In this document: positions 1 through 9,964 of the stretch, piece after piece | How the letters are laid out: every line of letters starts with the position of its first letter | Numbering within the stretch: the stretch's first letter is position 1 | Assembly (NCBI GenBank): GCA_947489235.1 | Contig: CANLDE010000001.1 | Coordinates: 1 to 54,700, forward strand | From: Micrococcales bacterium | Lineage (GTDB): Bacteria; Actinomycetota; Actinomycetes; Actinomycetales; Microbacteriaceae | Length of the DNA: 54,700 nucleotides | Reading direction: 5' to 3' | Program-made: the position numbers and the translations under genes | The notes under the pieces: model-generated | Seen by the model: only the letters and a program-made list of their open reading frames with translations | What the model was told of the DNA's origin: nothing | Databases searched by the model: none

Positions 1-1731
1 CCTATCAAAGATGGTTTTTACTATGACTTTGATGTGCTGAACCCGTTCACTCCAGAGGATCTAAAAGCTCTAGAGAAAGAAATGGAACGAATCATTCGTA
101 GCGGGCAAAGATTTGTTCGACGAGTTAGTTCAGAAGCAGCAGCATCAGTTGAGCTAGCTGGCGAACCTTACAAGTTAGAACTCATTGGGCTCAAATCTGG
201 AAGTGCAGATGTTGGTGAAGCATCTGTTGAAGTTGGATCTGGCGAACTCACTATTTATGACAACTTCGATGCTAAAGAAGGCGTTGTTGTTTGGAAAGAT
301 CTCTGCAGAGGTCCACATCTACCGAACACCAGAATGATTGGCAACGGCTTTGCTCTTACAAGAGTTGCTGCAGCATATTGGCGCGGTAACGAGGCTAACA
401 AGCAGTTGCAAAGAATTTATGGAACTGCCTGGCCTACAAAAGATGAGTTGAAGGCTCATCAGTTGCAGCTTGAAGAAGCGGCCAAGAGAGATCACAGACG
501 CCTTGGTGCCGAACTTGATTTGTTTTCATTCCCAGAGGAAATTGGATCAGGTCTCGCAGTATTCCATCCCCGCGGCGGAATCATTCGTAAGGTCATGGAA
601 GATTACTCGAGAAAGCGTCACGAGGAAAGCGGCTACGAATTTGTCTATAGCCCTCATGTCACTAAAGCAAATCTCTTTGAAACCTCAGGTCACCTCGAGT
701 GGTATGCAGAAGGTATGTTCCCTCCACTAAAGCTTGATGAAGAACTAGATGATGATGGCAATGTAAAACGTCAGGCTCAGGATTACTATCTCAAGCCGAT
801 GAACTGTCCATTCCACTGTCTGATTTATAAATCGCAAGCTCGCTCCTACCGGGACCTTCCACTTCGTATGTTTGAGTTCGGAACTGTTTATCGTTACGAG
901 AAGTCTGGTGTTCTGCACGGTATAACTAGAGCACGTGGGTTCACTCAAGATGATGCGCACCTTTATGTTGCAAGAGAAAGCATCGAGGTAGAACTAACCA
1001 ATGTATTGAACTTTGTTCTGGAACTACTGCGCGATTATGGGCTGACCGATTTCTACCTGGAACTATCTACAAAAGAAGAAGGCAATCCAAAGTTCGTTGG
1101 CGATGATGACATCTGGGTCGAGGCAACTCAAACCTTAGAACGAGTGGCAACCAATTCGGGTTTGCAATTGGTACCAGATCCAGGTGGGGCAGCTTTCTAT
1201 GGTCCAAAGATTTCTGTGCAAGCTAAAGATGCCATCGGCAGGACTTGGCAGATGTCAACCATTCAATTGGATTTCAATCTGCCTGAGCGCTTCGATCTTG
1301 AATACACAGCTCCTGATGGCACTAAGCAGCGTCCGGTGATGATCCACAGAGCGCTATTTGGATCTATCGAAAGATTCTTTGGTGTACTAACTGAACACTA
1401 TGCGGGACACTTCCCACCTTGGCTAGCTCCGGTTCAGGTTGTTGGAGTTCCTGTTGCTGACGAATTCTCTTCTTACCTTCACGGCATTGCTAGTGAGCTT
1501 CGTGCAGCAGGCGTTCGCATTCAAATTGATGACAGCGATGAGCGCATGCAAAAGAAGATTAGAAATCACACCATGGCTAAGGTTCCTTACATGCTTATTG
1601 CAGGAGCTGAAGATCAAAGCCAAGGAGCAGTTTCGTTTAGATTCAGAGATGGAACTCAAATAAATGGCATCCCAAGGTCAGAAGCTGTTGCTCGCATCTT
1701 GAAAGACATAGCCGAAAAAGTTCAGGTCTAG
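1..1731 (+). CDS. thrS: Threonine--tRNA ligase (5'-truncated by window edge)
   Basis: Frame is open from base 1 ([11 protein letters not shown]...). Motifs [58 protein letters not shown]. The true start lies upstream of the window. Confidence 0.98.
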   Translation, partial: PIKDGFYYDFDVLNPFTPEDLKALEKEMERIIRSGQRFVRRVSSEAAASVELAGEPYKLELIGLKSGSADVGEASVEVGSGELTIYDNFDAKEGVVVWKDLCRGPHLPNTRMIGNGFALTRVAAAYWRGNEANKQLQRIYGTAWPTKDELKAHQLQLEEAAKRDHRRLGAELDLFSFPEEIGSGLAVFHPRGGIIRKVMEDYSRKRHEESGYEFVYSPHVTKANLFETSGHLEWYAEGMFPPLKLDEELDDDGNVKRQAQDYYLKPMNCPFHCLIYKSQARSYRDLPLRMFEFGTVYRYEKSGVLHGITRARGFTQDDAHLYVARESIEVELTNVLNFVLELLRDYGLTDFYLELSTKEEGNPKFVGDDDIWVEATQTLERVATNSGLQLVPDPGGAAFYGPKISVQAKDAIGRTWQMSTIQLDFNLPERFDLEYTAPDGTKQRPVMIHRALFGSIERFFGVLTEHYAGHFPPWLAPVQVVGVPVADEFSSYLHGIASELRAAGVRIQIDDSDERMQKKIRNHTMAKVPYMLIAGAEDQSQGAVSFRFRDGTQINGIPRSEAVARILKDIAEKVQV

Positions 1732-2282
1732 TGGACGAGCAATTCACTGGTGCTGAAGATGCGTCTTCATTGCAAGGTGTTTCAGATCCTTTCCAAAGAT
1801 TATGGACACCACACAGACTGGTTTATATACAAACCGGAACGCAACCTAGCGATGAAGAGTGTCCGTTTTGTTTAGCACCAGAACTTACTGACGAACAGGC
1901 TTTGATAGTTCATCGTGGGGAAACTTGCTACGTTCTACTAAATCTTTACCCATACAACTCAGGCCATTTGCTAGTTGTGCCTTATCGTCACATCCCTAAC
2001 TACACAGATGCCAATGAGCAAGAGATTCTGGAATACGGGACACTCACTCAGCAGGCCATGAAAGTTTTGAAGGCCGTTGGCGGAGCTCATGGGTTCAACA
2101 TCGGCATGAACCAAGGGGATGTTGCTGGTGCTGGTATCGCAGGCCATCTTCATCAGCACATCGTTCCTAGGTGGCGTAATGATTCAAATTTCTTCCCGAT
2201 TATCGCCCAAACTAAGGCTCTGCCTAAGCTCCTAGGGGATGTACGGGTAGAAATCGCTAGTGCATGGCGCAATCTTTCTTAA
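1731..2282 (+). CDS. HIT-family protein (Ap4A phosphorylase/hydrolase-like)
   Basis: CPFC zinc site, LNLYPYNSGHLLVVPYRH, HLHQHIVPRW histidine triad. Usual position after actinobacterial thrS. GTG overlaps the thrS stop. Confidence 0.92.
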   Translation: MDEQFTGAEDASSLQGVSDPFQRLWTPHRLVYIQTGTQPSDEECPFCLAPELTDEQALIVHRGETCYVLLNLYPYNSGHLLVVPYRHIPNYTDANEQEILEYGTLTQQAMKVLKAVGGAHGFNIGMNQGDVAGAGIAGHLHQHIVPRWRNDSNFFPIIAQTKALPKLLGDVRVEIASAWRNLS

Positions 2283-2310
2283 CACTGCTCAGGCTGTCTA
2301 TCAAGGCGTT

Positions 2311-2316
2311 TAGAAT
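2311..2316 (+). promoter_or_regulatory. Putative -10 element (TAGAAT), leaderless pdxS promoter
   Basis: TANNNT hexamer 6 nt upstream of the ATG at 2323, with no SD. Confidence 0.6.
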
Positions 2317-2322
2317 AGTGCC

Positions 2323-3222
2323 ATGACTGAGAAATCAAACGACAAACAATCAACTCCACTTGTAAAGCGCGGCCTTGCAGAGATGCTAAAGGGAGGTGTG
2401 ATCATGGATGTGGTCACAGCCGACCAGGCCAAGATTGCTGAAGATGCTGGTGCAGTTGCAGTTATGGCTCTTGAGAGAGTTCCTGCTGACATCAGGGCAC
2501 AGGGTGGCGTTGCAAGAATGAGCGACCCAGATCTAATCGATCAGATCATCTCTGCTGTCTCTATTCCAGTCATGGCAAAAGCCCGTATAGGACATTTCGT
2601 CGAGGCTCAGATCCTGCAGTCACTAAAGGTTGACTACATCGATGAGTCAGAAGTTTTATCTCCAGCAGATTATGTTCACCACATTGATAAGTGGAAATTT
2701 GATGTTCCATTCGTGTGTGGAGCTACCAACCTAGGCGAAGCGCTAAGAAGAGTCACTGAAGGAGCTGCAATGCTTCGTTCAAAAGGTGAAGCTGGTACAG
2801 GCGATGTAAGCGAAGCAATGAAGCACATCCGAACAATCCTTGGTGAAGTTCGAGCGCTTTCTTCAAAATCAGAAGACGAACTATACGTAGCAGCTAAAGA
2901 ATTGCAAGCGCCACTGGAGCTTGTGCGTGAAGTTGCTCGAACAGGTAAATTGCCACTTGTTCTTTTCACAGCTGGTGGAATCGCTACTCCAGCAGATGCT
3001 GCTCTGATGATGCAGATGGGTGCCGATGGCGTGTTCGTTGGTTCAGGTATCTTCAAGTCAGGAAATCCAGCTGCTAGAGCTGCTGCAATTGTTAAAGCAA
3101 CAACTTCTTTTGACGATCCTGATGTGCTAGCAAATGTAAGCAGAGGTCTAGGTGAAGCAATGGTGGGAATCAATGTTGCAGATCTTCCTGCGCCACACCG
3201 TCTGGCTGATAGAGGCTGGTAG
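2323..3222 (+). CDS. pdxS: Pyridoxal 5'-phosphate synthase lyase subunit
   Basis: [55 protein letters not shown]. Confidence 0.98.
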   Translation: MTEKSNDKQSTPLVKRGLAEMLKGGVIMDVVTADQAKIAEDAGAVAVMALERVPADIRAQGGVARMSDPDLIDQIISAVSIPVMAKARIGHFVEAQILQSLKVDYIDESEVLSPADYVHHIDKWKFDVPFVCGATNLGEALRRVTEGAAMLRSKGEAGTGDVSEAMKHIRTILGEVRALSSKSEDELYVAAKELQAPLELVREVARTGKLPLVLFTAGGIATPADAALMMQMGADGVFVGSGIFKSGNPAARAAAIVKATTSFDDPDVLANVSRGLGEAMVGINVADLPAPHRLADRGW

Positions 3223-3225
3223 TTT

Positions 3226-3813
3226 TTGAAACCAATCGGCGTTCTGTGTTTGCAGGGCGATTTTAGAGAACATCTGCTTACCTTTAAGGCGCTCGGTATC
3301 CCAACCGTTCGAGTTCGCAAGGATGAAGATCTAACGGGAATTAGTGGCTTAGTCATTCCAGGTGGCGAAAGCACCGTTATAGACAAACTAAGCAACATCT
3401 TTGGTCTGAGAGATTCCATCATCAAACTCATAAGCCAAGGATTACCAACATTTGGAACATGTGCAGGTCTAATTCTTTTGGCAGAGAAGCTAGTAGACGG
3501 AACTCAAACTCAACAGACATTCGGGGGATTAGATGTTGTGGTGCAACGCAACGCCTTCGGTTCACAACTTGATTCTTTTGAAGAGGATGTCGATTTCGTA
3601 GGTATAGATACTCCAGTGCACGCAGCCTTCATTAGAGCTCCGATAGTTACTGAAATTGGTAACGATGTATCTGTTGTTGCAAGACTCGAGGATGGTCGAA
3701 TAGTAGGCGTCCAACAGGGAAACATACTTGGCATTAGTTTTCACCCAGAAGTAACAGGCGAAACCGCTGTGCACAGGTACTTTGCTGACATGTGTAAAAA
3801 GGCGAATTTCTAG
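3226..3813 (+). CDS. pdxT: Pyridoxal 5'-phosphate synthase glutaminase subunit
   Basis: LQGDFREH, PGGEST, GTCAGLI, RNAFGSQ, FIRAP, FHPE. TTG start directly after pdxS. Confidence 0.97.
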   Translation: MKPIGVLCLQGDFREHLLTFKALGIPTVRVRKDEDLTGISGLVIPGGESTVIDKLSNIFGLRDSIIKLISQGLPTFGTCAGLILLAEKLVDGTQTQQTFGGLDVVVQRNAFGSQLDSFEEDVDFVGIDTPVHAAFIRAPIVTEIGNDVSVVARLEDGRIVGVQQGNILGISFHPEVTGETAVHRYFADMCKKANF

Positions 3814-3855
3814 TTCAATAACTAAACTTATAAAGAAGAAAACTCTAGGAGCATC

Positions 3856-4614
3856 ATGTCGGGCCATTCCAAATGGGCAACCACCAAGCATAAAAAAGCA
3901 ATCATCGATAGTCGTCGAGCCAAGCTTTTTGCAAAGCTGATCAAGAACATCGAAGTAGCAGCTCGTACTGGGGGAGCAGACATTGATGGAAATCCAACTC
4001 TTTACGATGCTATCCAAAAGGGTCGCAAATCTTCACTGCCAAAAGACAACATTGAATCTGCAGTCAAGCGTGGAGCTGGATTGGATGGATCAGCTGTTGA
4101 GTATCAAACCATCATGTATGAAGGTTATGGACCCAACGGAGTAGCGATGTTGATCGAGTGTCTTACCGACAACAAAAACAGAGCAGCTGCAGAAGTAAGG
4201 TTGGCGGTCACCCGTAACGGTGGCACCATGGCTGACCCTGGTTCTGTTTCTTACCAGTTCAGCCGAAAGGGTGTAATTGTTGTTGAGAAGACCGAGACCA
4301 CCAATGAAGACACAGTTCTCGAAGCAGTTCTCGAAGTAGGTGTTGAAGATGTTCAGGACAGAGGTTTCCAACTTCTTGTTACTACAGATCCATCGAAGAT
4401 GGTCGAGGTTAGAACTGCTCTGCAGACTGCTGGCATTGACTATGAGAGCGCTGACGTCGAATTCATTTCTTCTATGCCGGTGCAAGTAGATGTTGAAACA
4501 GCACGCAAAGTTATCGCTCTGATCGATGCACTTGAGGACTCAGATGAAGTACAGAACGTCTTCTCTAACTTTGACATGACCGCAGAAGTAGCCGCAGCTC
4601 TCGATGCCGAGTAA
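3856..4614 (+). CDS. yebC: YebC/PmpR family protein
   Basis: [48 protein letters not shown] upstream. Precedes ruvCAB. Confidence 0.96.
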   Translation: MSGHSKWATTKHKKAIIDSRRAKLFAKLIKNIEVAARTGGADIDGNPTLYDAIQKGRKSSLPKDNIESAVKRGAGLDGSAVEYQTIMYEGYGPNGVAMLIECLTDNKNRAAAEVRLAVTRNGGTMADPGSVSYQFSRKGVIVVEKTETTNEDTVLEAVLEVGVEDVQDRGFQLLVTTDPSKMVEVRTALQTAGIDYESADVEFISSMPVQVDVETARKVIALIDALEDSDEVQNVFSNFDMTAEVAAALDAE

Positions 4615-5179
4615 AGCCGAAAGCAAAGTCATTGGGTTCGACCCAGGCCTTACCCGCTGCGGCTTTGGTGTTGTAGTTAAAGGTTCTTCCAGACAGGTCA
4701 GCTTTCTTGAAGTTGGCGTATTTGAATCGACTAAGGACTTAGACCAAAGTGATCGCATAGCTCTCATTGGAGATGAGATTGCGGCGTTGTTAGATCGAGT
4801 CAAACCTGAGCAAATTGCCATTGAAAGACTTTTCGCGCAACAGAACCTACATAGCGTGATGGGAGTTGCTCAGATTTCAGGTGTGATTGTCTATTTGGCT
4901 CATCTACGTAAGATTCCCGTTACTTTTTACACTCCTACTGAGGTAAAGGCTGCTGTTACAGGTAGCGGTCGAGCCGCTAAAGCTCAGGTATCAAAGATGG
5001 TCATGCAAATTCTGAAGCTCAAAGAGCTTCCAAAACCTGCAGACGCAGCTGACGCTCTTGCTATAGCAGTAACACTTGCTTGGCGTGGAGGCAAAGAGCG
5101 TCCATCACAGATCTCTACTGAAACAAAAGCCCAAGAGAAATGGCGCACCGCCATCGCAACGGCTAAGAAATCGAGCTAG
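4604..5179 (+). CDS. ruvC: Holliday junction resolvase RuvC
   Basis: [47 protein letters not shown]. Confidence 0.96.
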   Translation: MPSKAESKVIGFDPGLTRCGFGVVVKGSSRQVSFLEVGVFESTKDLDQSDRIALIGDEIAALLDRVKPEQIAIERLFAQQNLHSVMGVAQISGVIVYLAHLRKIPVTFYTPTEVKAAVTGSGRAAKAQVSKMVMQILKLKELPKPADAADALAIAVTLAWRGGKERPSQISTETKAQEKWRTAIATAKKSS

Positions 5180-5197
5180 CGCAGTTATTCTTGTCAT

Positions 5198-5782
5198 GTG
5201 ATTGCACATCTAACTGGGAGCGTACTGCGCCGCAAAGCAGGGCAACTTGTCCTGAATGTTTCAGGCGTTGGTTACCTTGTGAATGTGACCCCAGAGGTTT
5301 ACCAGGCATCTTTCACCCAATCTGAATTCTCGTTACACATTGCGCACATCATTCGAGAAGATGCCCAGATTCTTTTCGGCTTCCTCGAAGAAGCAGAACT
5401 TGAAACCTTCAACATGCTCTGCACTGTTAATGGTGTTGGACCTAAATCAGCAATGTCCGTGTTAGCCCATCTTGGTGTATCTGGTGTTTCCCAAGCAGTA
5501 GCCACAGCAGATGATGGCATGTTCAAGTCAGTTTCTGGAGTAGGTCCGAAGACTGCAAAACTTATTGTTCTAACCCTTACAGGAAAGCTGGTAACAGGGG
5601 AGAGCTCCAACACTTCTGCAACCGGTAGTCAGCAAAGTGTTGTATCTGCTTTAGTTGGCCTTGGTTACCAAGAGAAACTTGCTCGAGCAGCAGTTGAAGC
5701 GGTACTCAAGCAGAGTGCAGATCTAAGCGAGTCTGAGCTACTAAAGAGTGCCCTTTCAAACCTTTCCTCAGGACGTAAATAG
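5198..5782 (+). CDS. ruvA: Holliday junction branch migration protein RuvA
   Basis: [49 protein letters not shown]. Confidence 0.96.
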   Translation: MIAHLTGSVLRRKAGQLVLNVSGVGYLVNVTPEVYQASFTQSEFSLHIAHIIREDAQILFGFLEEAELETFNMLCTVNGVGPKSAMSVLAHLGVSGVSQAVATADDGMFKSVSGVGPKTAKLIVLTLTGKLVTGESSNTSATGSQQSVVSALVGLGYQEKLARAAVEAVLKQSADLSESELLKSALSNLSSGRK

Positions 5783-5784
5783 AC

Positions 5785-6804
5785 ATGAGCGAGGAACTTC
5801 TAGGGCAAGTAGCCGACCCATCGGATTTAGTTTTCGAGTCAGCTATTAGACCTCAATCACTTAGTGAGTTCGTTGGACAACATAAAGTTCGAGGTCAGAT
5901 TCAACTTCTCATTGATGCAGCGTCTATCCAACAAAGAACACCAGATCATATTCTTCTGGCAGGTCCACCTGGTTTAGGAAAAACCACATTGGCAATGATT
6001 GTCGCTCATGAATCCTCAAGACCGTTACGAATGACCTCCGGGCCCGCTATCCAACATGCAGGCGACATGGCAGCCATTCTTTCTTCTTTATCTGCTGGCG
6101 AAGTTCTTTTCATTGATGAGATTCACCGTATGTCTCGTTCTGCTGAAGAGATGCTCTACCTAGCCATGGAAGATTTTCGTGTTGATGTAATGGTTGGAAA
6201 AGGTGCAGGAGCAACAAGTATCTCTCTAGACCTAGACCCATTCACTTTGGTAGGGGCTACTACTAGAAGTGGACTTCTTCCGAACCCGCTTAGAGACAGA
6301 TTTGGTTTTACAGCAAATTTAGATTTCTACGATGAAACAGAACTAGCCCAAGTTCTCTCTAGAGCAGCTGGGCTTATGAAGTTAGATTTAGGGGAGGATG
6401 CCCTCACCCTGATTGCTTCGAGATCCAGAGGCACTCCTCGAATTGCTAACCGGTTGCTGCGTCGAGTTCGTGACTTCGCCCTAGTTCACTCAAAAGGGCT
6501 TGTATCCGTTGAATCTGTTACCGATGCGCTAGAGCTCTATGAAGTTGACGAGCTAGGCCTAGATAGGCTCGATCGTTCGGTTCTAGAGGCTCTTATAGTC
6601 AAATTCGAGGGCAAGCCGGTCGGTTTGAATACTCTTAGCGTGGCTTTGGGGGAGGAAACAGACACCATTGAGAGCGTTGTAGAGCCTTTTCTTCTGCGAA
6701 TTGGCTTACTCGTGCGCACAACTAGGGGCAGACAGGCAACTTCAGCTGGCTACAGACATCTGGGTATTGCCTTACCAGATGCCGCTCAGGGCTTATTCGA
6801 CTAG
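5785..6804 (+). CDS. ruvB: Holliday junction branch migration ATPase RuvB
   Basis: [52 protein letters not shown]. Confidence 0.98.
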   Translation: MSEELLGQVADPSDLVFESAIRPQSLSEFVGQHKVRGQIQLLIDAASIQQRTPDHILLAGPPGLGKTTLAMIVAHESSRPLRMTSGPAIQHAGDMAAILSSLSAGEVLFIDEIHRMSRSAEEMLYLAMEDFRVDVMVGKGAGATSISLDLDPFTLVGATTRSGLLPNPLRDRFGFTANLDFYDETELAQVLSRAAGLMKLDLGEDALTLIASRSRGTPRIANRLLRRVRDFALVHSKGLVSVESVTDALELYEVDELGLDRLDRSVLEALIVKFEGKPVGLNTLSVALGEETDTIESVVEPFLLRIGLLVRTTRGRQATSAGYRHLGIALPDAAQGLFD

Positions 6805-6813
6805 CCTGTCGCT

Positions 6814-6819
6814 TATAAT
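6814..6819 (+). promoter_or_regulatory. Putative -10 element (TATAAT) for yajC-secD-secF
   Basis: Perfect consensus hexamer in the 53-nt ruvB-yajC spacer. Confidence 0.55.
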
Positions 6820-6857
6820 CGACTAGTACCAAAATCCTAACTATCGATTGGTTTCTA

Positions 6858-7214
6858 ATGGACTACTCCATGCTCATAATCCTTGGCGCTTTCTTGGCTT
6901 TCATTATCTTTAGCAACAAGAAGCGATCTAACGCTGCTAAGCAGCTCGAGGCCTCAGTTGCAGTTGGTGCTCAGGTAGTAATGCTTGGCGGCATTAAGGG
7001 AAAGATCGTTTCAATCCTTGAGGACAGTGTGATTGTAGAAACCACACCTGGTAACAGAATTGAATTTGTAAAGGCCGCAGTGCGAACAGTTGTCGAACCT
7101 ACTTTGGAAACAAAGCCGAAGGCAACCAAGAGCACACCTGCTAAGGCTGCAGTAGCGCCTAAGAAGCCTGCAGCGCCAGCAAAGAAGACCACTACCCAAA
7201 AGGCTGCTAAGTAA
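6858..7214 (+). CDS. yajC: Preprotein translocase subunit YajC
   Basis: N-terminal TM helix, VGAQVVMLGGIKGKIV, IEFVKAAV. Upstream of secDF. Lys/Ala/Pro-rich C-terminal tail. Confidence 0.9.
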   Translation: MDYSMLIILGAFLAFIIFSNKKRSNAAKQLEASVAVGAQVVMLGGIKGKIVSILEDSVIVETTPGNRIEFVKAAVRTVVEPTLETKPKATKSTPAKAAVAPKKPAAPAKKTTTQKAAK

Positions 7215-7247
7215 CTTAGCGCTAGATAAAAGAGAAAAGGCACAATC

Positions 7248-8942
7248 TTGTCTGAAAAAAGAACAGCTACCGGAGCAGCGCTTAGGTCTTTGACTTGGCT
7301 AGTCATCCTGATTTTCGGAATCATTGGCATCATCGGCGGAAACATGCTGTTGGGTGAGAAAAAGGCAACCTTCATCCCGAACTTAGCGCTAGACCTTTCT
7401 GGTGGAACGCAGATTATTCTGACTCCAATTGTTGAAGAAGGTAAGAGTGTTCTGCCTGAACAACTAGAACAAGCCGTGTCAATTATTCGTCAACGTGTTG
7501 ACTCAACTGGTGTGAGCGAAGCTCAGATCAACACTTCAGGAAACAACATTGTTGTCTCCATTCCTGGAATTCCTGATAGCAATACCCTTGCTCTGATCAA
7601 GAGCTCAGCGAAGCTTGAATTCCGTGCAGTGCTTGCAGCTTCTGCGGGTAGTAAGACAGAGATTGGCAAAACAGGTTCTAAGCCAATCAAGACTTCTACA
7701 GCCAAGCCAACCAGTCCTAGCGACCTAAACCAAATCTCTGCTGCGGTTCAAAAGGAATACGAGAATCTTGATTGCAGTAAATCATTCCGTGAACCTGGTC
7801 AGATCGACCCAGCTGATAAGCCACTTGTGACTTGCGATAGATATCTATCTGAAAAATACATCCTTGGGCCTGTTGAAATTACCGGTGTCGATCTTGCTGG
7901 GGCCGACGCTGGAACAGTAACTGGTCAAAACGGTGTTGCTACAAACGAATGGGCCGTAAACCTAAACTTCAACGCAGATGGTAGCGACAAGTTTGCCAAG
8001 GTCACCCAGAGACTCTTCCCGTTAGCTGAACCGCAGAACAGATTCGCAGTGACTATTGATGGCTACGTCATCACCGCTCCTACAACACAGGCAGTGATCA
8101 CAGGAGGCTCTGCACAGATTACTGGCTCCTTCAACCAGGAGTCATCAAAGGTTCTAGCTGACCAGTTGAAGTATGGATCACTTCCTATTTCATTCGCTGT
8201 TCAATCTCAGGAAAACATTTCTGCAACTCTAGGTTCTGAACAACTAGCAGCTGGTCTATTGGCTGGTCTGATTGGTCTCTTGCTCGTAGTTGTGTACTCG
8301 ATCTTCCAGTACAGAGGACTAGCAGTAATCACTATTGGATCTTTGGTTGTAGCTGCGATCATCACCTACATTCTGATTGCTCTTCTTACTTGGCGTGCAG
8401 ACTATCGTCTATCGCTATCTGGTATAGCAGGTCTAATCATGGGTATTGGTATTACTGCAGACTCATTCATTGTTTACTTCGAGCGTGTGAAAGATGAGCT
8501 TCGTGAAGGTAAGCCGCTATTCGTTGCGGTAGAAAGCGGTTGGAACAGAGCTAAGCGAACCATTTGGGTTTCTGGTGCAGTGAGCCTTTTGGCCTCAGCG
8601 ATTCTTTACATTCTCACAGTAGGTAACGTGAAGGGATTCGCTTTTACTCTGGGTATGACTACACTCATCGACCTTACAGTCGTAGCGCTGTTTACCTACC
8701 CTGCTTTCAGACTTCTAACCAAGAGTAAGTTCTACTCCTCAGGTCACAAGTGGAGCGGTCTCGAGCTTCGTGATTCAGCATCATTTGGTTACACCGGAAG
8801 AGGTACCTTCCGCGTAGCTTCAACTGTTTCAACCGGTAAGGCCGCTAAATCTTCTAAAGAGGCCGAGCGTAGACAAACCATCGCAGAGCGCAAAGCTTCA
8901 GGCGAAGTTATTTCAAGCACAAAGAAAGAGGAGGGTAACTAA
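7248..8942 (+). CDS. secD: Protein translocase subunit SecD
   Basis: LALDLSGG, RQRVDSTGVSE, LKYGSLP, GITADSFIVYFERVKDE, VKGFAFTL. Confidence 0.97.
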   Translation: MSEKRTATGAALRSLTWLVILIFGIIGIIGGNMLLGEKKATFIPNLALDLSGGTQIILTPIVEEGKSVLPEQLEQAVSIIRQRVDSTGVSEAQINTSGNNIVVSIPGIPDSNTLALIKSSAKLEFRAVLAASAGSKTEIGKTGSKPIKTSTAKPTSPSDLNQISAAVQKEYENLDCSKSFREPGQIDPADKPLVTCDRYLSEKYILGPVEITGVDLAGADAGTVTGQNGVATNEWAVNLNFNADGSDKFAKVTQRLFPLAEPQNRFAVTIDGYVITAPTTQAVITGGSAQITGSFNQESSKVLADQLKYGSLPISFAVQSQENISATLGSEQLAAGLLAGLIGLLLVVVYSIFQYRGLAVITIGSLVVAAIITYILIALLTWRADYRLSLSGIAGLIMGIGITADSFIVYFERVKDELREGKPLFVAVESGWNRAKRTIWVSGAVSLLASAILYILTVGNVKGFAFTLGMTTLIDLTVVALFTYPAFRLLTKSKFYSSGHKWSGLELRDSASFGYTGRGTFRVASTVSTGKAAKSSKEAERRQTIAERKASGEVISSTKKEEGN

Positions 8943-9916
8943 TGTCTCGATTTTCTGAACTTGGAAACCAGCTTTACAGTGGAGAGAAGTCCATCGATTT
9001 TGTTGGTCGCAGAAAGATCTTCTACATAATCGCTAGCGTCACTGTACTTCTTGCCGTTCTACTACCTGCAGCTCGAGGTGGATTCAACTTCGGTATTGAA
9101 TTCCGCGGCGGATCTGAATACAAGATCTCTGGTAGCAAGATAGACAGCACCCTGGACGCTGAAGACGCAGTCCACGAGGTTATTCCTAACGCTCAGGTCA
9201 ACACGACAAAAATTGGTAACAACACAATTCGTGTTCAAACACCGATTCTTACTGATGACCAGTCAGAGCAAGTTCGCCTTTCACTAGCCAAGAAATATGA
9301 AGTCAAGGACAGCAACGTCACTAGCTCTTTCATTGGTCCTAACTGGGGTGCCGACATCACCAATAAAGCAATTTGGGGTCTCCTGATCTTTATTCTTTTC
9401 GCTGCTATTTTGATGGCTCTTTACTTCAGAACCTTGAAGATGAGTGCGGCGGCAATGCTAGCTCTTGCTCACGACCTGATCTTGACTGCTGGTCTATACG
9501 GAGCTCTTGGCTTTGAAGTTACACCGGCAGCGGTTATTGGTTTCCTAACAATTCTGGGTTACTCGCTGTATGACACAGTGGTGGTCTTCGACAAGATTCG
9601 TGAGAACACCTACGAGGCAGAGTTCAGTGAAACTTCAACGTTTGCTGAGCGTGTGAACCTTGCAATCAATCAGACCCTAGTGAGATCAATCAACACCTCT
9701 GTTGTTGGTGTGCTTCCTGTAGCCTCAATTCTTTTCATTGGAGCTGTTGTTCTTGGTGCTGGAACACTTAGAGACATTTCCTTGGCTTTGTTCGTGGGAA
9801 TCATTGTAGGAACCTACTCAACTATCTTTATTGCTGCTCCTTCTTACTCACACATGCGCGAGGGAGAAGCAAAGTTCGCTAAGGCTGCACAGAAGATTCT
9901 GGCTAAACGCGCTTAG
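8942..9916 (+). CDS. secF: Protein translocase subunit SecF
   Basis: FGIEFRGG, HDL, LTILGYSLYDTVVVFDKIRE, QTLVRSINTS, GTYSTIFIA. TAATG coupling to secD. Confidence 0.97.
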   Translation: MSRFSELGNQLYSGEKSIDFVGRRKIFYIIASVTVLLAVLLPAARGGFNFGIEFRGGSEYKISGSKIDSTLDAEDAVHEVIPNAQVNTTKIGNNTIRVQTPILTDDQSEQVRLSLAKKYEVKDSNVTSSFIGPNWGADITNKAIWGLLIFILFAAILMALYFRTLKMSAAAMLALAHDLILTAGLYGALGFEVTPAAVIGFLTILGYSLYDTVVVFDKIRENTYEAEFSETSTFAERVNLAINQTLVRSINTSVVGVLPVASILFIGAVVLGAGTLRDISLALFVGIIVGTYSTIFIAAPSYSHMREGEAKFAKAAQKILAKRA

Positions 9917-9964
9917 GGTTTCTAAGAAGACAAGTTATTCTTTAGTAAACCTAAGAAGGATTTC

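Noticed and set aside
2676-3431. 251-aa minus-strand ORF across pdxS/pdxT, and the many other antisense or alternate-frame ORFs in the track
   Set aside because: They lie entirely over well-conserved genes, show Ser/Pro/Thr-rich shadow composition and have no recognisable motifs.
4313-4336. 12-bp tandem repeat CAGTTCTCGAAG x2 in yebC
   Set aside because: It is in frame and encodes ordinary helix residues (VLEAVLEV). Two copies only, with no sign of a contingency locus.
3800-5200. Possible LexA (SOS) boxes before yebC/ruvC/ruvA
   Set aside because: I found no GAAC-N4-GTTC match in the spacers. The nearest, GAAT-TTCTA-GTTC near 3804, has the wrong spacing and a mismatch.
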